A DNA stretch of 64,000 nucleotides from the NCBI RefSeq assembly GCF_006345805.1, contig NC_043020.1:27342001-27406000 (forward strand). Reading direction: 5' to 3'. Within the stretch, counting starts at the first letter, position 1, and each line of letters starts with the position of its first letter. Source of the DNA: Octopus sinensis. Its lineage: Eukaryota. The position numbers were made by a program, and so were the translations under genes. Positions 39,155 through 50,524 of the stretch are shown piece after piece. The notes beneath the pieces are model-generated. The model made no database searches. It saw only the letters and a list, made by a program, of their open reading frames with translations, and had not been told where the DNA came from.

Positions 39155-39885
39155 CCCCTTTTTTACCGTATTTATTTTGAGATGCTCTGTGTTTCTTTCA
39201 ATTAATTTTGAAAAATAACAAAGAATTTAGTAAAATAACTTAGTTATCATTAAAGCTAGTGTTAGGAACATAAATTGTGACTAAGGTTTGGTGGAAGATT
39301 TTAATACAAAACTTATGAAAACAAGACATTTGTACTATAGAGCCAAAGCCGGTTTCAGCCAGGTTGGTATCAAAAGGGTTAAGAATTGTTTCTCTATTAT
39401 ATATTTTAACCCTTTTGTTACCATATTTCTGTTGAGATGCTCCGAGTTCCTTTCAATTACTTCAAATATAACAAAGAATTTAGTAAAATAACTTAGTATT
39501 ATCATTCAGCTAGTGTTAGGAACATAAATTGTGACTAAGGTTTGGTGGAAGATTTTAATTCAAAACTTATGGAAACAAGACATTTGTACTACAGAGCCTG
39601 AGGTGATTTCAGCCAGGTTGGTATCAAAAGGGTTAAGAATTGTTTCTCTATTATATATTTTAACCCTTTTGTTACCATATTTCCTGTTGAGATGCTCTGT
39701 GTTTCTTTCAATTAATTTAAAATATAACAAAGAATTTAGTAAAATAACTTAATTATCATTCAGTTAGTGTTAGGAACATAAATTGTGACTAAGGTTTGGT
39801 GGAAGATTTTAATTCAGAACTTATGAAAACAAGACATCTGTACTCAGAGCCAGAGCCGGTTTCAGTTGGGTTGGTAATGGAAGGG
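39155..39885 (+). mobile_element. Third tandem array of the TTAA MITE (3 units)
   Basis: Same unit and spacer, with outer TTAA on both ends. Partial single copies at ~38430-38507 and ~58420-58500. Confidence 0.85.
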
Positions 39886-39940
39886 TTAAACTTGCTAAAA
39901 TAGTATCCAAAGTGGTTTGTATGATTGGAAATATAATTCC

Positions 39941-40045
39941 GAAGTGTTCATGGTATCATGGTGAGGATCTGATCAAAGATTTTGTAATTACTTCTTAATT
40001 GCAAAGTCTTTGATCAGATCTTCACCATGACACCATGAACACTTC
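39941..40045 (+). other. Near-perfect hairpin (50-bp arms, 5-nt loop)
   Basis: 46/50 Watson-Crick pairs. Three of the four non-WC positions are G-U on the + strand. Confidence 0.85.
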
Positions 40046-40256
40046 AAAATTAGACACGCAAGGGTCTTATCTTCTGCTTGGCTTGAGGGTTGACCTAATT
40101 GTCCAACAGGATCTCTCCCTGGCTGCCAGTGTTGCATGTGTGTGTGTGTGTGTGTGTTATGGGGGGGGGGAGAGTTACTGAGTCCAATGCAAACAAGTTT
40201 CTATGCTTCAGTACACACTTCGTTTGCATGACAATAATATAGAAAGGCTCTCCAAC

Positions 40257-40303
<47 letters not shown>

Positions 40304-40707
40304 TTCTACGTGAATAGCTGTGTGTGTTTTTTTGGTGGTGTTGGTGATGAACTGTGTGTATGTGGCCGTTTGTGTGTGTGAGTGTGTGTGTGCTCTGAAT
40401 ATCTGTGTGTATGTGGCTCTGTGAATAGCTGTGTTTATGGGCCTCTGTGTGTGTGTGTGGGTCTATGTAAGTGGCTGTGTGTGTGTGACTATGTGAATAG
40501 CTGTATGTGTGTGGACCTATGGAAATAGCTGTGTGTGTGTGTGTGTGTGTGCGTGTGACTGTCTGTGTGTATTTGTCAGTGTGTGTGTCTCTATGTGTGT
40601 GGCTCTGTGAACAGCTGTGTGTGCGTGCATGTGTGTGGGGCTGTATGCATGCATGTGTGAGTGGCTCTGGTTGTGTGTGTGTGTGTGTCTGTGTTTGTGC
40701 ATTTCAC

Positions 40708-40746
<39 letters not shown>

Positions 40747-41445
40747 GCAAGAGAAACAGTGGCTATGTGTGTATGTGCGTGCACATGTATGTGTCTGTGT
40801 GTGTGTATTCGTATGTGTATCCATGTATCCATGTGTGTGTATATCCGTGTACCTAAGTCTCTGTGTCTCCGTGCCTGTGTTAGGCTCTGGCCGTCCTCTA
40901 TTTACCCCATTTAATACTACTCCAGCTGGGCCTTATCGGTAATCATTATATTGTATTTCAGAAAAGTAAATTGATTTTAATCACACATCTCTCTCTCTCT
41001 CTTTGTTTACATTTGACTGACCTCTTTCCTGTCTTGGCTTGTTTCAGTTTTTTATTATTATTATTATCATTGATTGTTATTATTATTATTATTATTATAT
41101 TATTATTATTATTATTATTATTATCATTCATTGTTGTTGTTGTTATTATTATTATTATTCATTGTTATCGTTGTTGTTTGGCTCAGGCTAGCCCTTTTGA
41201 AACAAGCCGTTAGTCCAAGCGCACTCCAGCTGTGACCATCTCATCTATCTTTTTTTGTTTTTTTGGTAAATAACTTCTGGCGTATCTTTAGACTCCGAAC
41301 ACTGCTGGCCTGAGACCTCTTCAAAATACTTTAAAAACAGAAGGTTTCAGGCCAGCAGTATTTGGGGTCTGAAGATACATACATACATACATATATGTAT
41401 GTATGTATATATGTATGTGTGTGTGTATGTGTGTGTGTATATATA

Positions 41446-41484
<39 letters not shown>

Positions 41485-41988
41485 AAGCATGGCTGTGTGG
41501 TTTACAAATCTCGCTTCCCAACCTTGTGATTTTCAGTCAGCCTGACTGCACGACACATTGGCCGAGTGTCTCCTGTTAGAGCCCTGAGCTGACCCTGAGT
41601 TTTGAGAGTGGATTCGGTGGATGGAAACTGAAAGAAGCCTCTTCTGTATGATTGCTTGTAAACACACACCAACACACACACTGCATGATCAATTGTATTA
41701 TATCCTATCAATCAATAAGGCGGCGAGCTGGCAGAAACGTTAGCACGCCGGGCGAAATGCTTAGCCGTATTTCGTCTGTCGTTATGTTCCGAGTTCAAAT
41801 TCCGCCGAGGTCGACTTTGCCTTTCATCCTTTTGGGGTCGATAAATTAAGTACCAGTTACGCACTGGGGTCGATGTAATCGACTTAATCCATCTGTCTGT
41901 CTTTGTTTGTCCCCTCTGTGTTTGGCCCCTTGTGGGTAGTAAAGAAATATATATATCCTATCAATCTGTCTATACTTTATTTGGTCTC

Positions 41989-42051
<63 letters not shown>

Positions 42052-42054
42052 CAG

Positions 42055-42217
42055 CTGTTGTAACACTTGCGAAAGTGTCCGTGAAGCGTACAGAAAGAAA
42101 GGATGGGCTTTCAAGCCTGCAGAGGTGGAGCAGTGCCAGAGAGAGGGCTGGGACGAAAAGATGAAGGAGCAGCAGAACGAGGGCTGTCAGCTCTTCGGTA
42201 CATTGGAGGTCAACAAG
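42055..42217 (+). CDS. ERGIC3: ERGIC3 coding exon (163 nt)
   Basis: (CT)n-cccag|CTGTT...ACAAG|gtcagt. (S)CCNTCESVREAYRKKGWAFKPAEVEQCQREGWDEKMKEQQNEGCQLFGTLEVNK. Confidence 0.96.
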
Positions 42218-42781
42218 GTCAGTAATATATTGATGTTTAACCCTAGGTCATTTCTGTGTCAGGAGACACCTATGATCAAAGGCCTTCCAGCTATGACCAT
42301 CCCTTTTTCTATTGTTTGTCTGGCATTGTGTATCTAGGAGTATTAAAATAATAGAATGGTGAAGTCTGCTCTGTAAGGTGGTTGGTGTTAGGAAGGGTGT
42401 GGCTGCTGTAAAAATTGTGCTAAAATAGACAGTGGGTCCTGGTGCAGTCTTCTGCCTAGCCAACCCCTGTCAAACCATCCACCCCATACCAGCATGAAAA
42501 CGGATGTTAAATGACAAGGATGATGACAATGACAACGATGACAATGATGGAGAGTTTCTTAGAACATGAAAAGGAAAATTTTGGTAACCTTTGTATAGGC
42601 GTGGCTTTGTGGTAAGAAACTTGTTTCCCAACGACATGGTTCTGGGTTCAGTCCCACTGCGGGGCACCTTGGGCAAGTGTCTTCTACTATAGCCTCCAGC
42701 TGACCCCAAGGCCTTATGAGTGGATTTGGTGAACAGAAACTGAAAGAAGCCCATCGTATATATATATATATATATATATAT

Positions 42782-43837
42782 TGTTACGAGGGAACCTCTG
42801 TCGAACGAAAGCTGTCACGGAATCCCTCACACAGGCCCGTTCGATCAGCGAATAAGTTCGCCACGGAAACTCGGAGAGGAGAGAGATAACGACAACAACA
42901 GCAGCAGCAGCACAGAGGCAATCGAGAGAGACACAAAGAGGCAAGGCAATTGGCTACGTTAACAACTAGTTTATATGACTATTACAATTGTTACAACATC
43001 AATTACATATCAAGATACATCAAAGCATTTAAACATGCAAGTAACAACACATCAAATGCAATAACAACAGCATTTCAAGAGTACACGTCGAATTAAACAA
43101 CAAGTCAATACATCATACCACAGATCAAAGCATTTAAACTGTCTGGAGACAACAGTCCTGTTTCAAAACACATTAAAGGCATATACAATGTTCGTAGACA
43201 AATAAGTTCACGTTACAAATCAATGTTCAATTCCCAACAGTTCACATTGTTCATTAAATTCCTTTTTAACAACTCTGTACACAATGTCTTTACACATTTC
43301 AATACATCGCTCTTTTCACTGTCTCATTTCTTTTCAACAGTCTCTTTACATCGATTCTTTTTCCTTCTTTTTCTTCACATATCAATACACAATTCACGTA
43401 CCTTAGTTCCTACTAGAATAGCCAGTGTCTCATATTGCACCTCATCTCTCTCAGTACTGCTAACCCCAACTTGCTAAACTCTTGCCTTGAATTCCAAATC
43501 CTCGCTCCTAAATCCAACCGCTCGCCTTGACGACAAAATACCGACTGCCCAAAACCTCTTGCTCTGTCACCACCCTCTATCTCTCTCTTAGCTCTAATAC
43601 TCTCTCTATCGCCACTCAGATTCCTTAATCTGTCTTCCTCACTACTTTCTTCTTCCTCTTCTTCACTGTCTCTCACACACTGAACTGCTTACTTAAGGGG
43701 GCAGCCCTCCAAATGAACCCTAATTCACCCGAAGGGGTCGGGGAGTCTCCCCAGAGCTAATTAATCAACCCGCATCTAGCAGAACAATGGATTCATTGCC
43801 AAATGTAGGTCGCTGGCTCTGTCCTTAAGTTGAACTC

Positions 43838-43843
<6 letters not shown>
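42782..43843. mobile_element. Probable solo LTR (~1060 bp)
   Basis: TGTT...AACA inverted termini (TG...CA), non-coding interior, inserted into a (TA)n tract with ATAT on both sides. Confidence 0.65.
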
Positions 43844-43870
<27 letters not shown>

Positions 43871-43949
43871 CCTGAGTAAGCACATAAATGTAGAAAAAAA
43901 TAGTACTCGAATACCAGAGGTAGAGTAATATGCTGTATTAAAATAGCTT

Positions 43950-44047
43950 CAAAGATATCTCCAAAACTGTTATTCAGAGTTTCACATTCCTGTTCATTGA
44001 CAAACAGGAACGTGAAACTCTGAGTAACAGTTTTGGTGATATCTTTG
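43950..44047. repeat. Foldback element (45-bp arms, 8-nt loop)
   Basis: Inverted arms with 3 mismatches, part of a (TA)n-flanked insert at ~43870-44100. Confidence 0.8.
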
Positions 44048-44609
44048 CAGCAAATTATATATATAAATATGTATAGATAGATTGATACATATATTTATTT
44101 TTGTGTCTGTACTTGTCCTTCATCTCTGCTTGACAACCAGTGTTGGTGTGTTTACAGTTTGGCAAAAGAGATCGATAGAATAAGTACCAAGCTTGTAAAA
44201 AAATAAGTACTGGATTTAATTCATTTGACTAAAAATTGTTCAAGGCAGTGCCCCAGCATGACCACAGCCTAACGACTGAAAGAAAAGATATTTCGAGCAT
44301 AAATGCCCATCATCAGAATTGCTTGGAGTAAAGAAATGTGAGCACCGGCCATGTTTATTGTTTTGCCGGTCCTTTAAAAAAACTCCCATTTCTTTGCTGT
44401 CTGCTTCTGTTGATGGGTACAATCTTCTTACAAAGCAAGGTTGTTTCTAGTCTTCCAAGGGAAATGTCTGGCCCTTGGGGACTGTTGCCTTGCCTGGAAA
44501 TGAGTGAGGGTTGGCGACAGGATGAGCATCCGGGTCTTCAAAGAATTTCATCTAACTCATGATGCAAGAATGGAAAAGTCGGTAGTGAAACGATGGTGAT
44601 GATGGTGAT

Positions 44610-45640
44610 GGTGATTCATCATTCATTCTTTCTCTTTTTTCTCATGTTTTCTTTCTTCCTCTCTATTTCTCTCTCCTTTTCTATCTTTCTTTCTGTCTTT
44701 CCTTCTCTCCCTCTTTCTTTCTTTCCTTCTTCCTTCCTTCCTTCTATCTTTCTTTCTGTTTTTCCTTCTCCCCTCTTTCTTTCCTTTTCCTTTTTCTTTC
44801 TGTCTTCCTTCTCCCCCCCTTTCTTTCTGTCTTTCCTTCTCTCCCTCTTTCTTTCTTTCTTTCCTTCCTGTCTTCCTTCTCTCCCCCTTTCTTTCTGTCT
44901 TTCCTTCTCTCCCCCTTTCTTTCGTGTTTTTTCTTCTCCCTCTTTCTTTCCTTCCTTCTTCCCTCTTTCTTTCTCTTCCTTCTCTCCCCCTTTCTTCTGT
45001 CTTTCCTTCTCTCCCTCTTTCTTTCTTTCTTTCCTTCTGTCTTCCTTACTCTCCCCCTTCTTTCTGTCTTCCTCTCTCCCCTTTCTTTCTGTTTTTCCTT
45101 CTCTCCCTCTTTCTTTCCTTCCTTCCTTCCTTCTTTCTTTCTGTCTTTCCTTCTCTCCCCCTTTCTTTCTGTCTTTCCTTCTCTCCCTCTTTCTTTCTTT
45201 CTTTCTTTCCTTCCTGTCTTTCCTTCTCTCCCCCTTTCTTTCTGTCTTTCCTTCTCTCCCCCTTTCTTTCTGTCTTTCCTTCTCTCCCTCTTTCTTTCTT
45301 TTTTTTTTCTCTTTCCTCCTGTCTTTCCTTCTCTCCCCCGTTCTTTCGTCTTTCCTTCTCTCCCCCTTCTTCTGTCTTTCCTCTCTCCCTCTTTCTTTCT
45401 TTCTTTCTTTCCTTCTGTCTTTCCTTCTCTCCCCCTTTCTTCTGTCTTTCCTTCTCTCCCCCTCTTTCTGTCTTTCCTTCTCCTCTTTCTTTCTTTCCTT
45501 CCTTCCTTCTTTCTATCTTTCTTTCCGTCTTTCCTTCTCTCCCCCTTTCTTTCTTTCTTTCCTTCCTTCTTCCCTTCTTTCTTTCTTTCCTCCTTTGTCT
45601 TTCTTTCTTTCCTTTTCCCTTTCTCTTTCTATTTCATCCC
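44610..45640. repeat. ~1-kb polypyrimidine (CT/CTT/CTTT) tract
   Basis: Direct reading. Similar tracts at 10690-11040, 26270-26600 and 63140-63500. Confidence 0.95.
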
Positions 45641-45787
45641 CACCACCACCACCACCTCACTGCAGTGACATTCTACATATTTTAAAATATGGTTTTTCTA
45701 CTGAGTACAGACAGACACAAATCAACATTTTATCAGGACACAGATGCAACCGGAGAGAAAGAGAGAGGAAGAGAGGGAGGAAGAGCA

Positions 45788-45834
<47 letters not shown>

Positions 45835-46344
45835 AATAGACAAGGCTGTTGTCACGGATAACAACACATTGTTGGATGGGGTTTCAATGGCACTGTTAAT
45901 GGAGGTCAAGTGACACACAGACAGCCAAGAACCGAAGAAATAGATTAAGAGATAAGAAGTTGCCATAAGTCAGTGTTACAGTCATTCTTTTTTAGTGTTT
46001 TCGGGCATTGAGTTGTGGCCATGCTGGGGCATCCCTTTCAAGAAGGGTGGCAGTGGTAATAGTAGTAGTAGTAGTAGTTTTAGTTATGAGTTAATTGTAA
46101 CTATTACAAAATACAACCGTTACTTAGCGGTTCGGCAAAAGAGACCGATAGAATAAGTACTGGGGCTTACAAAAGAATAAGTCCCGGGGTCGATTTGCTC
46201 GATTAAAGGCGGTGCTCCAGCATGGCCGCAGTCAAATGACTGAAACAAGTAAAAGATTAAAGATTAAAGATTTATTACACTGCTTATCTATTTTGTTAAT
46301 ACACACACACACACACACACACACACACCACACACACATATATA

Positions 46345-48075
46345 TATATCATCATCATCATCATTTAGCGTCCGTTTTCCATGCTAGCATGGGTTGGACG
46401 GTTCTACTGGGGTCTGTGAAGCCAGAAGGCTTCATCAGGCCCAGTCAAATCTGGCAGTGTTTCTACGGCTGGATGCCCTTCCTAACGCCAACCACTCCGT
46501 GAGTGTAGTGGGTGCTTTTTACGTGCCACCCGCACTGGTGCCAGACAGAGCTGGCAAACGGCCACGAACGGATGGTGCTTTTTATGTGCCACCGCACGAG
46601 GGCCAGGCGAGGCTGGCAACGGACACGAAACGGGCGGTGCTGGCAACGGTCGCGAAACGGAAAGTTCTCTTACATGCCACCGGCACTGGTAACACATCTG
46701 CCATTTCCATTGATCGATTTCCATTGATCGATTTCGATTCTGATCCTCACTTGCCTCAATGGGTCTTCACAAGCAGAGTTTCGACATGCCACCGGCACTG
46801 GTAGCACATCCGCAATTTCCATTGATCGATTTTGATTCTGATCCTCACTTGCCTCAACACGTCTTCACAAGTAGAGTTTTGTGTCCCAAGAAGGGAAGGT
46901 ATGCATACGTAGGCTGGCTCCATCTCATGTAGAAGGCCACGGGTTGTGGACTCACTTGTCCTGCCGGGTCTTCTCGCGCACAGCACACTTCCAGAGGTCT
47001 CGGTCTCTAGTCATTTCCTCAGTGAGACCTAAAGTTCGAAGGTCGTGCTTCACCACCAAGTCGTCCCGGTTTTCCTGGGTCTGCCTCTTCCACAGTTCCC
47101 TCAACCGCTAGGGTGTGGCACTTTTTCACACAACTATCTTCATCCATTCTCGCCACATGACCATACCAGCGCAAACGTCTCTCTTGCACACCACAACTGA
47201 TGCTTCTTAGGTCCAGCTTTTCTCTCAAGGTACTTACACTCTGCCGAGTGTGAGTACCGGCATTACACATCCATCGGAGCATACTGGCTTCATTTCTAGC
47301 GAGCTTACGCATATCCTCAGCAGTCACGGCCCATTTTCACTGCCATGTAGCATGGCTGTTCGTACACACGCATCATACAGTCTGCCTTTCACTCTGTGCG
47401 AGAGGCCTTTTGTCACCAGCAGGGTAAGAGCTCTCTGAACTTTGCCCAAGCTATTCTTACTCTACAGTTACACTTTCAGCACACCCGCCCCCGCTGCTGA
47501 CTTGGTCACCTAGGTAACGGAAACTATCAACTATTTCTAGTTTTTCTCCCTGGAAAGTGACGGAAGTTGGTCTAGAGCATTTTCAGTGTTTATTGTTCCT
47601 GAGCATCTGCCACATACAAAAACCATCTTCCTAGTTAGCCTTCCTTTGACATTGCTGCACCTCTTATGTGTCCATGCTTACACTTGGTGCATCTTATAGA
47701 GTTTCTACCTACACCTTTTCTACAGATCGAGCAGGGCCATCTACCTGAAGGTGTTTGTGATTTGTCTACCTTCCTACTGATTACGACTTTGGTTTTAGCT
47801 AGATTGACTCTGAGGCCCTTCGATTCTAATCCTTGTTTCCACACCTGAAACTTCTCCTCCAGTTCTGATAGCGACTCAGCAATTAGAGCAAGGTCATCAG
47901 CATAGAGGAGCTCCCAAGGGCATCCTGTCTTGAATTCCTCCGTTATTGCCTGGAGGACTAAGATAAATAGGAGGGGGCTGAGTACTGAGCCTTGGTGGAC
48001 CCCTACCTCTACCCGGAATTCTTCACTGTACTCATTTCCAACCCTCACCCTACTAGCGGCGTCCCTATACATGGC
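46345..48075 (-). mobile_element. Second RTE LINE copy, 5'-truncated within RT
   Basis: GVHQGSVLSPLLF, YADD and LRWYGHVARM motifs. Same 3'UTR and (GAT)n tail as 31270-34480. Several frameshifts. Confidence 0.92.
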
Positions 48076-48107
<32 letters not shown>

Positions 48108-48111
<4 letters not shown>

Positions 48112-48357
48112 TATTTACATTTGATGGATATTTGTCCTCATCTTGTTTGTTGTTAACACAACATTTTGGCTGATATACCCTCCAGCCTTCATCAGGTGTC
48201 TTGGGGAAATTTCGAACCTGGGTTCTCATTCCTAAGGTATTTTTCGATGCTATTATTATTATTATTATTATTATTATTGTTAAGGTCACTGCTTGGAATC
48301 GAACTCGGAATATTGGGTTTAGTAAGCCTGCGCTCTTAACCACTACCTCATATGTCC
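48108..48357 (-). mobile_element. tRNA-derived SINE family F carrying a minimal hammerhead-ribozyme-like motif
   Basis: A box TGAGGTAGTGG, B box GAGTTCGATTCC, (AAT)n, then GACAC-CTGATGA-A-GGCTG-loop-CAGCC-AAAA-TGTT-GTGTT (48200-48155), ending in (TA)n. Confidence 0.7.
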
Positions 48358-48359
48358 GT

Positions 48360-48600
48360 GGCAAAAACCAAAGTTGTAGTAAGTAGGAAGGCAGACAAAT
48401 CACAATCCCTTCAGGTAGATGGCCCTGTCTAATCTGTAGGAAAGGCATAGGTAGAAACTCCATAAGATGCACCTGGTGTAAGCTTTGGTCACATAAAAGG
48501 TGCAGCAATATCAGATGAAGGTTAATGGGGAAAATAACTTTTGTATATGGAAGATGCACAGGTACAATAAACACCGAAAATGTACAGAAAACACCCCATG
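48360..48600 (+). mobile_element. Degenerate RTE RT fragment, inverted relative to the copy at 46345-48075
   Basis: Decayed version of the SGRWPCxICRKGxGRNSIRC segment on the + strand. Confidence 0.8.
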
Positions 48601-48726
48601 AACTGCCAACATTGATGACAGGTGTTAAATGATGAGGATGAGGATGTATGGCAAGGATGGATGGAGTGGGGGGGGGATCAAGAATGTTTATATTATTTAT
48701 GTTGATTGTTTTGTCTTGTTTTTCAG

Positions 48727-48784
48727 GTTGCTGGAAATTTCCATTTTGCACCTGGGAAAAGTTTTAATCAGCACCACGTACATG
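48727..48784 (+). CDS. ERGIC3: ERGIC3 coding exon (58 nt)
   Basis: tttcag|GTTGC...ACATG|gtaagt. VAGNFHFAPGKSFNQHHVH. Confidence 0.96.
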
Positions 48785-48909
48785 GTAAGTTGTCTTAGAA
48801 TGTACCACATGTTGAGGTTGGTGTGGCCATGGAATGACAGTCTCTGCACTTGTTGAGGTTAATGTTATCCCTCCATGCTGAGTTTAGTTTGAGCCCACAC
48901 ACACACACA

Positions 48910-49310
48910 CACAGTGGTTGATGTTATCCCACACACTAAAGCTAATGTTATCCCACATGCACTGTGATTGGTGTTAACCCATACGCTGTGGTTGGTGTTA
49001 ACCCACACACTAAGGCTAATGTTATCCCACACGCACTGTGATCGGTGTTAACCCATACGCAGTGGTTGGTGTTAACCCACACACTAAGGCTAATGTTATC
49101 CCACACGCACTGTGATCGGTGTTAACCCATACGCAGTGGTTGGTGTTAACCCACACACTAAGGCTAATGTTATCCCACACGCACTGTGATCGGTGTTAAC
49201 CCATACGCAGTGGTTGGTGTTAACCCACACACTAAGGCTAATGTTATCCCACACACAGTGATTGGTGTTAACCTATATGCTGTGGTTGGTGTTAACCCAC
49301 ATACTAAAAA
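48910..49310 (+). repeat. 74-bp higher-order minisatellite (three ~24-25-bp subunits), decaying to ~49680
   Basis: taaggctaat recurs at 49011, 49085, 49159 and 49233. Subunit core GGTGTTA(A/T)CCCA. Confidence 0.9.
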
Positions 49311-49996
49311 TGTGGATTATCCCAAAGACTGTGATTAGTAATATTTTGTGTACCCTTATACCCACACACATGCATGTGTCATATTTGCAAACAGGTTGGT
49401 GGTATCCCACCCATCGCAACTGATATTGTCCCAATGCAACAACATTGGTGTTAACCTGGATACACTATGGTTAATGTTATCCCCCACACACTGTGATTGG
49501 TGTTATCCCATGCCTTGTGGTTGGTGTCATCACACATGCTAATGTTGCTATTAACCTCCATACTGAGGCTGGTGTTATCCCACATATTGCGATTGGTGTC
49601 ATTTCATGTACCCTTATACCTGCACACAAATTAGTGTCATATTCACACACAGGTTGGTGTTATCCCTCATACTGGGATAACATTATTCCTACTCAGCAAC
49701 ATTCTTTCAGTTTGTTTACCAAATCCACTCACAAATCTTTGGTCAGCTTGAAGCTATAGTAGAAGACACCTGACCAAGGTGCCATGCAGTGGGACTGAAC
49801 CCAAAACCTTGTGGTTGGGAAGCAAACTTCTTAACCACATGAACATTCCTGTGCCTAAATTTTATATGAACCAATTTAGCTGACACTTTAGAACAATGGT
49901 GATGATGTTGTTGTTATTGGAAATACCTGCCTCTTTCTGTCTCAAATTGGTGTCCACAATGTCTAATATTTGTTCCTACTTCTTTCTCTATTTCAG

Positions 49997-50028
49997 TTCA
50001 TGATTTGCAATCTCTGGGTGGACAAAAG
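49997..50028 (+). CDS. ERGIC3: ERGIC3 32-nt coding exon
   Basis: tttcag|TTCAT...AAAAG|gtaag. (V)HDLQSLGGQK. Confidence 0.93.
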
Positions 50029-50319
50029 GTAAGAGCCATTTGTTTTTACTCATTACTTTATGGTGGGAACATGTGAGGGTCAGCCACAGGAAGGGCATCC
50101 AGCTGTAGAAAATCTACTTGAAACAAATTAGCAAATTCCACCTGAATCATTTTAACATGGAAAAGTGGATATTAAAATGATGACAGTGGAGTCAAAGAAT
50201 TCTTAATCAATTTTTGTTAAAGAAATTTGCATAAAATGAATCTGATTACAAAAAGAAAGAAAAAACAAGAACAAAATTTTATGTTTTCTGTTTCTTTTGT
50301 TTTTTTTCTTTTTTTCCAG

Positions 50320-50416
50320 TTTAACATGACACACAAAGTGAAGACATTATCGTTTGGGAAACCTTATCCAGGAATTATGAATCCATTGGATGGTGTACAC
50401 GTAATGGCAGACAAAG
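50320..50416 (+). CDS. ERGIC3: ERGIC3 coding exon (97 nt); last ERGIC3 exon found in the window
   Basis: tttccag|TTTAAC...CAAAG|gtcagc. FNMTHKVKTLSFGKPYPGIMNPLDGVHVMADK. The frame is still open at the donor, so further exons must exist. Confidence 0.95.
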
Positions 50417-50524
50417 GTCAGCATTTTCGTTTTCTTTCACTCCTTCCGCCTTTCCTTCCTTCCATTATTGCATCTTGATTTTTCATTCCTTTTGGTGCAT
50501 TCTGAACATGTGGACAAAGCACGC

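Noticed and set aside
44593-45861. 422-aa F/L/S/P-rich ORF (similar ones at 10645, 26154 and 63141)
   Set aside because: Polypyrimidine tract without stop codons; not coding.
48078-48600. 5' inversion (twin priming) of the second RTE copy
   Set aside because: The inverted fragment duplicates sequence already present in the minus copy and is more diverged, so it is an independent insertion.
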